44,111 nucleotides of DNA. Origin: Rubricella sp. GTDB lineage: Bacteria; Pseudomonadota; Alphaproteobacteria; Rhodobacterales; Rhodobacteraceae. A model generated the notes under the pieces. That model saw only the letters and a program-made list of their open reading frames with translations, was not told the DNA's origin and made no database searches. The DNA lies in contig JBMYPI010000001.1 of the NCBI GenBank assembly GCA_049600155.1, forward strand, positions 1 to 44,111, given 5' to 3'. The first letter of the stretch is position 1, and each line of letters opens with the position of its first letter. Positions 1-9,969 of the stretch are shown piece by piece. Position numbers and translations under genes: made by a program.

Positions 1-1
1 T

Positions 2-109
2 GGTGCGGCGCTGCGGCTGGTCGTCGTCTCGGTGGTCATCTCGCTTGGCGCGCTGGTCGCGTCGGAATGGTTCGCGCGCAGGGCGCGCAACCGGGTGCGC
101 GGGCTGTGA
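2..109 (+). CDS. modB: Molybdate ABC transporter permease, 3' end only (truncated by window start)
   Basis: Frame from nt 2 reads GAALRLVVVSVVISLGALVASEWFARRARNRVRGL*, resembling the ModB C-terminal helix; its TGA overlaps the modC GTG (GTGA at 106-109). Confidence 0.85.
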   Translation, partial: GAALRLVVVSVVISLGALVASEWFARRARNRVRGL

Positions 110-1191
110 GCCTCGATGTCGATATCAGCCTCGCGCGGGCGGCCTTTCCCGTCGAGGTGGCGTTCAGCGCCGGGCCGGGCATCACCGCCCTTTTCGGTCG
201 ATCGGGCGCCGGCAAGACGACGATCCTCGACGCCATCGCAGGTCTCGCGACGCCGGAACGCGGGACGATCATGCTCGCCGGGAGACCGGTCTTCAGCACG
301 AGCGTGAACCTCAGACCGCACGAGCGCCGCGTGGGTTACGTATTTCAGGATCCACGGCTCTTCCCGCATCTCACCGTTGCGGAGAACCTCCTCTTCTCCG
401 GCCGGATGCCGGGACAGGCCATTGCCGGTATCGCGGAGATGCTGGGGATCACGCAGCTTCTCGATCGGCGACCGGCCGCACTGTCCGGCGGCGAGAAGCG
501 CCGCGTGGCGATCGGACGAGCACTGCTTTCCGACCCCTCAATCCTTCTGCTCGACGAGCCGCTCTCCGGGATCGATGCCGAACGCAAGCACGAGATCATG
601 CCCTATCTCGAAACCATGCGCGAGCGGCTGGGGATCCCTGTCCTGCTGGTGAGCCACGACATCGCCGATGTCGCGCGCCTTGCCGACACCGTGATCCTGA
701 TCGACGGCGGCCGGATCACCGCACGAGGCCGGCCGGATGCCCTCCTTTCGGACGCGGCCAGCGCGGATCTTCTGGGCGCGGGAGAGGGCGGGGCGCTTCT
801 GGAGGGAACCGTCCTTTCCGTGGCGGAGGGCATCGCCGAGGTCGACACGCCCGCGGGCCGGCTCCGCCTGCCTGCGGCGCAACTCGAACCGGGACGGGCG
901 GTCCGTGTCCGCATCGTCGAACGCGACGTCATGTTGTCGCTCTCGCAACCCGACGGGCTGAGTGCGCTCAACGCCCTTCCCGGAAGGGTCATTTCACTAA
1001 GGGAAAGGGGGACGAGCCAGGTCGAGATCACCCTGCGCTGCGCTGAGGCCGATATCCTCTGCCGGATCACGACCCATTCGGCCCGCAGGCTCGGGCTGGA
1101 GGAGGGGACGGCGGTCTTTGCGGTCCTCAAGGCCGTCACGCTGGACGCGGGCAAGGTGTTCCATCGCCCGGTCCGTCTTCAGGAAATCTGA
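106..1191 (+). CDS. modC: Molybdate ABC transporter ATP-binding protein
   Basis: Walker A GRSGAGKT, GYVFQD, signature LSGGEKRRV, Walker B LLLDEP, C-terminal TOBE/Mop-like region (SALNALPG..ITTHSARRLGL). Start placed at GTG 106, coupled to modB. Confidence 0.93.
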   Translation: MSLDVDISLARAAFPVEVAFSAGPGITALFGRSGAGKTTILDAIAGLATPERGTIMLAGRPVFSTSVNLRPHERRVGYVFQDPRLFPHLTVAENLLFSGRMPGQAIAGIAEMLGITQLLDRRPAALSGGEKRRVAIGRALLSDPSILLLDEPLSGIDAERKHEIMPYLETMRERLGIPVLLVSHDIADVARLADTVILIDGGRITARGRPDALLSDAASADLLGAGEGGALLEGTVLSVAEGIAEVDTPAGRLRLPAAQLEPGRAVRVRIVERDVMLSLSQPDGLSALNALPGRVISLRERGTSQVEITLRCAEADILCRITTHSARRLGLEEGTAVFAVLKAVTLDAGKVFHRPVRLQEI

Positions 1192-1201
1192 CCGGCTGAC
1201 C

Positions 1202-1504
1202 TCAGCCGCAGGTCAGATAGGCGATGGTCACGCCGCCGCTGCGCTCGTCACACCAGCACTGGCCCTGCGAGGAACAGTGCGCATTGGCGATATCGCGCAT
1301 GATCGGACAAACCTGCGAACACCGGCCCATGCCGACGAATTCCCGGGACATCACGCCGGAGCCGTAATGATTGACCTGTTCGAGGACATCTCCGGTCGCC
1401 AGGATCTCGGCCCAGGCCGCCGGGCTCGATTGCTGGGGTGCATCCGCCGAGACAGCGGTCGTCATTCCGAGGAACAACGCAAGCAGGATCGCGATGACAC
1501 GCAT
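1202..1504 (-). CDS. Small secreted cysteine-rich protein (100 aa), unknown function
   Basis: Strong RBS (AAAGGAG) before ATG 1504; Sec signal peptide MRVIAILLALFLGMTTAVSA; six Cys in the C-terminal 40 aa; fills the gap between modC and the thioesterase without overlap. Confidence 0.8.
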   Translation of the reverse strand: MRVIAILLALFLGMTTAVSADAPQQSSPAAWAEILATGDVLEQVNHYGSGVMSREFVGMGRCSQVCPIMRDIANAHCSSQGQCWCDERSGGVTIAYLTCG

Positions 1505-1587
1505 TTCGTACTCCTTTCGAAAAGCAACGGATTGACGATAGCACAAACGCGCGGCCAGTGTCGCAAAATTACAGGGAGGACTTGGAG

Positions 1588-1983
1588 ATGGTTGGCGAAG
1601 GGCATGACCGCACCGCAGGCCCCAGGGGAATTCTCGCCCTTCAGACGCTCGCCATGCCGGCCGATACCAATGCGAACGGCGACATCTTCGGCGGTTGGCT
1701 GATGGCACAGATGGATCTGGGATCCTCCGTCATGGCCCGGACGAGAGCGCGCGGCCGTGTCGCGACGATCGCTGTCGAGGCGATGACGTTCTACAAACCG
1801 GTGCATGTCGGCGATCTCGTCTCGATCCATGCGGACATGCTCAAGGAAGGGACGACATCGATGCGCATCGGCGTCGAAGTCTGGGTAACCCGCCAGCCCA
1901 GCGGCGAGACCATGAAGATGACGGAAGCCGTCTTCACCTTCGTCGCGGTGGACGAGCTGGGAAACAAGCGGGAACTGCCATGA
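1588..1983 (+). CDS. yciA: Acyl-CoA thioesterase, hotdog fold (YciA family)
   Basis: Motifs MPADTNANGDIFGGWLMAQMD, GRVATIAV, FYKPVHVGD, GTTSMRI, FTFVAVD; GGAGG/GGAG RBS before ATG 1588. Confidence 0.9.
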   Translation: MVGEGHDRTAGPRGILALQTLAMPADTNANGDIFGGWLMAQMDLGSSVMARTRARGRVATIAVEAMTFYKPVHVGDLVSIHADMLKEGTTSMRIGVEVWVTRQPSGETMKMTEAVFTFVAVDELGNKRELP

Positions 1984-2591
1984 AACGCCTGATCCTTCTT
2001 GCCCTGCTTCTTTGGGTGTCACCGGCCGGAGCCACTCCCGACTACGTTCTGCCGACTGTCTTCGAAGTGACAGGCGTGTCCGCGGGGGACGTGCTGAACG
2101 TTCGCGCCGGCCCGGGGACCGACCACGCGGTCATCGGTCGGCTTGCGCCGGATGCCACCGGTCTCGAGGTGATCGAGATCGACGCAACGGGGCGCTGGGC
2201 GCGGCTGAATGTCGAGGAAGGCACGGGATGGGCCAGCCTCGCCTATCTCGCACCGTTGGCCGCATCGCCGGGCGGTTCGGGCGCGCAGCCGCTGACGTGC
2301 TTCGGAACAGAACCCTTCTGGACGCTGCGGCTTTCGCCTGATCCTCTCTGGAGCACGCCGGAGGGCAGCCGTGAACCTCTATCCTCGATACTGCTCGAAA
2401 CGGGAGTCTTCCGCGACCCACGGCGGGCCGCGATCGTCGACTTCGGAGATGAGCGCATGACCGTGACCACCCATTTCGAGATCTGCTCCGACGGAATGTC
2501 GGACCGTGCATACGGTCTCGGCGCATCGATCGTGCGGGAGACGGAGACCGGCACGTCGCTGCTGACGGGATGCTGCACCGTCGGCCGTTGA
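1980..2591 (+). CDS. Exported SH3b-domain / COG3650-family protein
   Basis: Signal peptide MKRLILLALLLWVSPAGA; SH3b-like VLNVRAGPG..W..GW; C-terminal CFGTEPFW, CSDGMSDRAYG and GCC motifs; ATGA overlap with yciA. Confidence 0.82.
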   Translation: MKRLILLALLLWVSPAGATPDYVLPTVFEVTGVSAGDVLNVRAGPGTDHAVIGRLAPDATGLEVIEIDATGRWARLNVEEGTGWASLAYLAPLAASPGGSGAQPLTCFGTEPFWTLRLSPDPLWSTPEGSREPLSSILLETGVFRDPRRAAIVDFGDERMTVTTHFEICSDGMSDRAYGLGASIVRETETGTSLLTGCCTVGR

Positions 2592-2597
2592 CCGGCC

Positions 2598-3209
2598 CTA
2601 GTCGACGACACGGAGGGTGAGATTGATCCGCCCGCCGCCCGGTGTCAGGGGGTTCGGTCCCTTGCGAATGCGATCGACGCCGTGGAATGCGAGGCGGGCG
2701 GGTCCTTCGAGGACAAGCACGTCGCCCGAAGCGAGCGGAAAGCTCCGGGTCGGGTCCTGGCGCCGTGTTCCGCCGATCCGAAAGGTCGCGGTCGCGCCGA
2801 GGGAGATCGAGACGACCGGATACGCGAAGTCGGCCTCGTCGCGATCCTGATGCAGCCCCATCCGCGCGTCTTCGGCGTAGTGGTTCACAAGACAGCAATC
2901 CGGAAGGCGATCCGTGCCGGAGACCGCAAACCAGGTATCGAGAATGGATCGGGGGATCGGCGGCCATGCTCCACCCGCCGGATGCCGGCTCTCGTAGCGA
3001 TAGCCACGGCGGTCGGAACACCAGCCGTAGCGGCCGGCAGAGGTCATCCTCACGCGCATCGGCCTCCCGCCCGGCGTCACCGGCGTGAAGAGCGGCGCGG
3101 CCCTGACGATCTCGCGAACGTCTTCCAGCATCGCCTTCTGGGCGGAAGGTGTCAGCAATCCGGGGTGGAGCCGCGCTCCGGCGATCGACATCGGGGTTGG
3201 GGCCGACAT
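2598..3209 (-). CDS. alkB: Alpha-ketoglutarate-dependent dioxygenase AlkB
   Basis: Motifs GWCSDRRGYRY, PDCCLVNHY, MGLHQDRDE (HxD), AFHGV, RINLTLR. Confidence 0.93.
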   Translation of the reverse strand: MSAPTPMSIAGARLHPGLLTPSAQKAMLEDVREIVRAAPLFTPVTPGGRPMRVRMTSAGRYGWCSDRRGYRYESRHPAGGAWPPIPRSILDTWFAVSGTDRLPDCCLVNHYAEDARMGLHQDRDEADFAYPVVSISLGATATFRIGGTRRQDPTRSFPLASGDVLVLEGPARLAFHGVDRIRKGPNPLTPGGGRINLTLRVVD

Positions 3210-3260
3210 GGGCACGTCCTATATCGTGGGGCGATCACCCTCCACATAGGCGACGCCAGG

Positions 3261-4928
3261 ATGCAACCCACACACACGACGCGCGTTTCCAGCATTCGCG
3301 ACAGCCTTCCCGCCGAGATCCGCGAAGCCGCTTTCCGCAGCTTCACTCCGGACCAGATCGCGCGCCTGCACGCCTATGGCGAGGTGAGAAGCCTCGCGCC
3401 GCTCGAATACCTCTACAAGGCAGGGGATGAACGATACGATTTCTTCGTCGTGCTGTCGGGTACCGTCTACATCTTCGATCCGACAACCGACGGGGACGGG
3501 CTGATATCGACAGTCGGCGAGAACGCCTTCGTCGGCGAATTGGGCCTCCTGGCCGATCAGGCGCCATTCCTTTCGGCCAAGGTGAAGGACGCCGCTCGGC
3601 TTCTCTGGATCGGAAGGGAGGGGCTCCGGCGGATCATCGCGGAAGAGCCCGACATCGCGGACGTGATCGTCGCGGCCTTCTCGGCACGGCGCGAACTCCT
3701 GATGACGGCGGCCACGGCGAACCTCACGATCCTCGGACCCGAGGGATCGGCTGAAGTGACCCGTGCGCTGGAATATGTCAGTCGCAACCGCATTCCGCAT
3801 CGCTGGATGGATAGCTGCACCGGCGACGGGGCCGCCTACGCGGATCGGCTCGGTGTGGATCGTGAGAAGTTGCATGTCGTCCTGCGGGGCGACAAGGTCG
3901 TCCAACGGCCCGATAATCCCGGCATCGCCTACGCTCTGGGCATTCCGCTCGACGTGGAAGACGGCGAAAGCTTCGACCTCGTCGTGATCGGCGCCGGGCC
4001 CGGCGGCATCGCCGCCGCCGTCTATGGCGCGTCCGAGGGGCTTTCGACGCTGGTGATCGAGAACACGGCCATCGGCGGTCAGGCGGGAACGTCGAGCCGG
4101 ATCGAGAATTACATGGGCTTCCCCACCGGCATCTCGGGATTGGATCTCGCCTATCGGGGGCAAATCCAGGCCATCAAGTTCGGCGCACGCTTCGCCACGC
4201 CCCGCACTGCGCGCAGTGTGCACCAGCGCGAGGATGGAACGTTCCTCATCAAGCTGTGCAACGGCAACGACATCTGCACCCGTTCCATCGTGGTTGCGAC
4301 CGGGGTGCAGTATCGCCGCCTGCCGATCGACCGGCTGGAGGATTTCGAGCGGGCGGGCGTCTACTACGCTGCAACCGAACTGGAGGCACGCTTCTGCCGC
4401 AATACCGAGGTCGTCGTGGTGGGTGGCGGCAATTCGGCCGGCCAGGCGGCGATGTTCCTCGCGAGCCATGCACGCCACGTTCACATCTGCATCCGGCGCG
4501 ACAGCCTCGCCGCCACCATGTCGGACTACCTGCTGCGGCGGCTGGAGGCGAACCCGAAGGTCACGATCCACGCCTTCACCGAGGTGACGGAACTGCGCGG
4601 GGGCCAGCGGCTGGAGGGGCTCACGCTCACGAACCGTCAGACGGGCGAGACGACAGCGGTAGAAACAAGGGCGCTTTTCATCATGATCGGGGCCGCGCCG
4701 AACACCGATTGGCTCAACGATCACTGCAAGCTCGACGAGAAGGGTTTCATCCTCACCGGGGACGCTGCCGGTGCCGAAAGCCCCTTCGCCACATCCTGCC
4801 GCGGCATCTTCGCGGTCGGTGATGTCCGGTCGGGTTCGGTGAAGCGGGTGGCATCCTCCGTGGGCGAGGGATCGGTGGTCGTGAGCGCGGTTCACCAGTT
4901 TCTCGCAGCGCAGGAAATGGCGCTCTGA
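3261..4928 (+). CDS. cNMP-binding-domain / thioredoxin-reductase-like FAD oxidoreductase fusion
   Basis: N-terminal cNMP-type barrel (LYKAGD..FFVVLSG..FVGELGLL); FAD motif VIGAGPGG, SSRIENYMGFP; NAD(P)H motif VVGGGNSAGQAA; C-terminal GIFAVGDVR..KRVASSVGEG. Confidence 0.88.
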   Translation: MQPTHTTRVSSIRDSLPAEIREAAFRSFTPDQIARLHAYGEVRSLAPLEYLYKAGDERYDFFVVLSGTVYIFDPTTDGDGLISTVGENAFVGELGLLADQAPFLSAKVKDAARLLWIGREGLRRIIAEEPDIADVIVAAFSARRELLMTAATANLTILGPEGSAEVTRALEYVSRNRIPHRWMDSCTGDGAAYADRLGVDREKLHVVLRGDKVVQRPDNPGIAYALGIPLDVEDGESFDLVVIGAGPGGIAAAVYGASEGLSTLVIENTAIGGQAGTSSRIENYMGFPTGISGLDLAYRGQIQAIKFGARFATPRTARSVHQREDGTFLIKLCNGNDICTRSIVVATGVQYRRLPIDRLEDFERAGVYYAATELEARFCRNTEVVVVGGGNSAGQAAMFLASHARHVHICIRRDSLAATMSDYLLRRLEANPKVTIHAFTEVTELRGGQRLEGLTLTNRQTGETTAVETRALFIMIGAAPNTDWLNDHCKLDEKGFILTGDAAGAESPFATSCRGIFAVGDVRSGSVKRVASSVGEGSVVVSAVHQFLAAQEMAL

Positions 4929-4942
4929 GGCGATTTCACATC

Positions 4943-4971
4943 CTTGCGAGTCAAATCCCGCCCTCCTATAT
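4943..4971 (+). promoter_or_regulatory. RpoH (sigma-32)-type promoter of dnaK
   Basis: CTTG-N18-CCTATAT, matching the alphaproteobacterial heat-shock promoter consensus, ~100 nt upstream of dnaK. Confidence 0.8.
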
Positions 4972-5069
4972 GCACGCCGAATGCACGCTGCGGGTGATCC
5001 CGCGGCACGGGATGGGCGACGGGGGCCGGAGCGGACCCGGGGCCCGCAATCGCCAAAGGAAGGAATGAC

Positions 5070-6992
<1,923 letters not shown>

Positions 6993-7003
6993 TCGCACAG
7001 ACC

Positions 7004-7029
7004 GGGGCGGCTCCAGCCGGGGCTGCCCC
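7004..7029 (+). terminator. GC-rich stem-loop after dnaK (terminator or stabilising hairpin)
   Basis: GGGGCGGCTCC-AGCC-GGGGCTGCCCC pairs with G-U wobbles; only a weak pyrimidine tail follows. Confidence 0.5.
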
Positions 7030-7071
7030 CATCTCCTTCCGGGCACTCGGCCCGGGCAACGGTTCAGGGTA

Positions 7072-7099
7072 TTGGTTTCGCGGCCGCTCTCGCCTATTT
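7072..7099 (+). promoter_or_regulatory. Putative RpoH-type promoter of dnaJ
   Basis: TTG-N18-CCTATTT, same spacing as the dnaK promoter, 50 nt upstream of dnaJ. Confidence 0.55.
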
Positions 7100-7149
7100 C
7101 CCGAACGCGAGCATGACGCCAGCGATCACGATCCCGGAAAGGCCGGTCG

Positions 7150-8304
7150 ATGTCCAAGCGAGATTACTACGAGCTTCTCGGCGTGGGCCGTGGCGCCTCG
7201 GAAGCCGAGATCAAGAAGGCCTATCGCAAGAAGGCGATGGAACTGCACCCCGACCGGAACAAGGACAATCCGGACGCCGAAGCGCAGTTCAAGGCCGTCA
7301 ATGAAGCCTATGACGTCCTGAAGGATGCCGAGAAGAAGGCGGCCTATGACCGGTTCGGCCACGCTGCGTTCGACGGATCGATGGGTGGCGGCGGGCCGCG
7401 CGGCGGCGGTCCCGGCAATGCCGATTTCGCTTCCGCCTTCTCCGATGTGTTCGACGACCTGTTCGGCGATTTCATGTCCGGCGGTCGTGGCGGGGGCGGG
7501 CGGCGCGGGACCCGTGCGACGCGCGGGGCGGATCTTCGCTACAACATGTCCATCACGCTCGAAGAGGCGTTCAAGGGCAAGCAGGCACAGATCACCGTGC
7601 CGGGCTCCGTCGCTTGCGACACCTGTAACGGCACCGGATCCGAGGACGGTTCCGACCCCGTGACCTGCCCCACATGTTCGGGCATGGGAAAGGTGCGCGC
7701 CCAGCAGGGTTTCTTCACCATCGAGCGCACCTGCCCGACATGCGATGGCCGTGGCACGACGATCAAGTCGCCCTGCCGGGTCTGTTCCGGCTCGGGCCGG
7801 GTGACCAAGGATCGCTCGCTCAACGTCAACATCCCTGCAGGTGTGGAGACCGGCACCCGCATCCGCCTGGCGGGCGAGGGGGAGGCCGGCGTGCGCGGCG
7901 GGCCATTCGGCGATCTCTACATCTTCATCGACGTCAAGGCGCATCCGCTTTTCGAACGGGAGGGCCCGAACCTCTTCTGCCGTATCCCGGTGCCGATGAC
8001 GAAGGCGGCGCTCGGCGGGGAAATCGAGGTTCCGACGCTCGATGGCGGGCGGAGCCGGGTCAAGGTTCCCGCGGGCGTCCAATCGGGCAAGCAGCTTCGC
8101 CTGCGCGGCAAGGGGATGCCGGCGCTGCGCGGGGCGGGGACGGGCGATCTCTATATCGAGATCGCGGTCGAGACACCGTCCAACCTCACCGCACGCCAGA
8201 AAGAGCTTCTCAAGGCGTTCGAAGCCGAAACCGGGGACAACCACCCCGAGCACGAGGATTTCCTCTCCCGCGTGAAGCACTTCTGGGACGGGATGCGCGG
8301 CTGA
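7150..8304 (+). CDS. dnaJ: Co-chaperone DnaJ
   Basis: J-domain with HPD, G/F-rich linker, four CxxCxGxG repeats ([32 protein letters not shown]). Confidence 0.99.
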   Translation: MSKRDYYELLGVGRGASEAEIKKAYRKKAMELHPDRNKDNPDAEAQFKAVNEAYDVLKDAEKKAAYDRFGHAAFDGSMGGGGPRGGGPGNADFASAFSDVFDDLFGDFMSGGRGGGGRRGTRATRGADLRYNMSITLEEAFKGKQAQITVPGSVACDTCNGTGSEDGSDPVTCPTCSGMGKVRAQQGFFTIERTCPTCDGRGTTIKSPCRVCSGSGRVTKDRSLNVNIPAGVETGTRIRLAGEGEAGVRGGPFGDLYIFIDVKAHPLFEREGPNLFCRIPVPMTKAALGGEIEVPTLDGGRSRVKVPAGVQSGKQLRLRGKGMPALRGAGTGDLYIEIAVETPSNLTARQKELLKAFEAETGDNHPEHEDFLSRVKHFWDGMRG

Positions 8305-8324
8305 CGGGGCTTTTCATCGGCGAT

Positions 8325-8357
8325 ACGCCCGCCTAATCAGGGCGGGCGTTTTCATTT
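8325..8357 (+). terminator. Intrinsic terminator after dnaJ
   Basis: 9-bp stem ACGCCCGCC-TAATCAG-GGCGGGCGT followed by TTTCATTT. Confidence 0.7.
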
Positions 8358-8368
8358 GGAGGCTGCCC

Positions 8369-9670
8369 ATGCGCATAGCGATGATCGGAACCGGGTATGT
8401 CGGACTGGTCTCCGGCGTGTGCTTTTCCGATTTCGGGCATGACGTCATCTGCGTCGACAAGAACGCCGACAAGATCGCGATGCTGGAACGCGGCGAGGTG
8501 CCGATCTACGAACCGGGCCTCGATGCGCTGATGGAGAAGAACGTCGCCGCCAGGCGGCTCTCCTTCACGACCGATCTGGCCGAAGCGGTCGCCGGGGCCG
8601 ACGCCGTATTCATCGCGGTCGGCACGCCCACACGGCGTGGCGATGGCCATGCGGACCTGACCTACGTCTTCGCCGCTGCGGAAGAGATCGCCCGAGCGAT
8701 CCGGGACTACACGGTCGTCGTCACGAAATCGACCGTGCCCGTGGGCACCAACCGCAAGGTGGAGGAAGTCGTCCGGGCCGCGAATCCGGCGGCCGATTTC
8801 GACGTCGCCTCGAACCCCGAATTCCTGCGTGAAGGCGCTGCGATCGAGGATTTCATGCGCCCCGATCGTGTCGTCGTCGGTGCCGAGACGGAGCGCGCAC
8901 AGGATGTGATGGCGGGCATCTACCGCCCGCTCTCGCTGCGGGAGGCGCCGATTCTCTACACCGATCTGGAATCGGCGGAGATGATCAAATACGCCGCCAA
9001 CGCCTTCCTCGCCACGAAGATCACCTTCATCAACGAAATCGCCCGGCTTTGCGAGAAGACCGGCGCCGATGTGAAACAGGTGGCCAAGGGCATGGGGCTG
9101 GACGGGCGGATCGGCTCCAAGTTCCTCCATGCAGGGCCCGGATATGGCGGCTCCTGCTTCCCCAAGGACACGAGCGCGCTGGCGCGCATCGGGCAGGAGC
9201 ACGCAAGCCCCATGCGGATCGTCGAGACGGTGATCGAGGTAAACGATGCGACGAAACGCCGGATGATCGACAAGGTCGTCGATCTGTGTGGCGGCAGCGT
9301 CTCAGGCAAGCGGATCGCCGTGCTCGGCGTCACGTTCAAACCCAATACCGACGACATGCGCGAGGCGCCCGCGCTGACGATCGTTCCGGCGCTCGTCGGG
9401 AGTGGCGCGGAGGTGCGGGTCGCCGATCCGCAGGGTCGGAAGGAGGGCGAGGCGCTTCTGCCCGGCGTGCGCTGGTGCGCCGACGCCTATGAAGCGGCGA
9501 ACGAGGCCGATGCGATCCTGATACTGACCGAATGGAACGACTTCCGCGCGCTCGATCTCACCCGGCTGGGCCAGTCGATGCGATCGAAACACTTCGCCGA
9601 TCTGCGCAACATCTATCCGCGCGAGGAGGTGGAAGAAGCCGGGTTCGCGTATGTCGGCGTGGGCACCTGA
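8369..9670 (+). CDS. ugd: UDP-glucose 6-dehydrogenase
   Basis: IGTGYVGL Rossmann motif, KSTVPVG, SNPEFLREG, catalytic GYGGSCFPKD, FKPNTDDMRE. Confidence 0.95.
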   Translation: MRIAMIGTGYVGLVSGVCFSDFGHDVICVDKNADKIAMLERGEVPIYEPGLDALMEKNVAARRLSFTTDLAEAVAGADAVFIAVGTPTRRGDGHADLTYVFAAAEEIARAIRDYTVVVTKSTVPVGTNRKVEEVVRAANPAADFDVASNPEFLREGAAIEDFMRPDRVVVGAETERAQDVMAGIYRPLSLREAPILYTDLESAEMIKYAANAFLATKITFINEIARLCEKTGADVKQVAKGMGLDGRIGSKFLHAGPGYGGSCFPKDTSALARIGQEHASPMRIVETVIEVNDATKRRMIDKVVDLCGGSVSGKRIAVLGVTFKPNTDDMREAPALTIVPALVGSGAEVRVADPQGRKEGEALLPGVRWCADAYEAANEADAILILTEWNDFRALDLTRLGQSMRSKHFADLRNIYPREEVEEAGFAYVGVGT

Positions 9671-9679
9671 GGCAAGACG

Positions 9680-9862
9680 GCCCCGAACCTGATCCGGGGC
9701 CTCTACACGAGCGTGGATCGTCGAGAGGTTCCGGCCTTCGCTGGAACAGCGGTGTTCTTGCTGCAAGGACTGGAGCGCCCAATACTTCGCTGCCCCGGAC
9801 TTGATCCGGGGCCTCAAAATACCAGGTGCGTGGCCGAGGTTCCGGCCTACGCCGGAACAGCG
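9680..9862. repeat. Two tandem copies of a two-hairpin REP/RIME-like palindromic element
   Basis: Copy 1 at 9680-9751 and copy 2 at 9788-9862: GCCCCG(G/A)AC(T/C)TGATCCGGGGCCTC - 20/21-nt variable spacer - GAGGTTCCGGCCT(A/T)CGC(C/T)GGAACAGCG. Confidence 0.85.
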
Positions 9863-9869
9863 TAGCAAT

Positions 9870-9969
9870 GCTCAGCGCGGACCGGGCCTTTGCCCGGGGC
9901 TCCGCCCGTTCGGCCCTCGAACGCTCCCCCGGAGCGTTCGCCGCGCTCAGCGCGGACCGGGCCTCACCC
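9870..9969. repeat. Second palindromic element with a 20-bp direct repeat, overlapping the maeB stop codon
   Basis: GCTCAGCGCGGACCGGGCCT at 9870-9889 and 9945-9964; internal palindromes CGAACGCTCC-CCC-GGAGCGTTCG (9918-9940) and CCGCGCT-C-AGCGCGG (9941-9955). Confidence 0.75.

Noticed and set aside
4980-5069. RNA thermometer in the dnaK leader
   Set aside because: A GC-rich hairpin is possible, but it ends before the SD (AGGAAGGA), which appears unpaired; no ROSE or fourU motif.
7040-7066. CIRCE-like GGCACTC between dnaK and dnaJ
   Set aside because: No GAGTGC arm after 9 nt.
9680-9964. Possible CRISPR array
   Set aside because: Only two composite units made of two different hairpins, no run of identical repeats, no AT-rich leader and no cas genes in the window.
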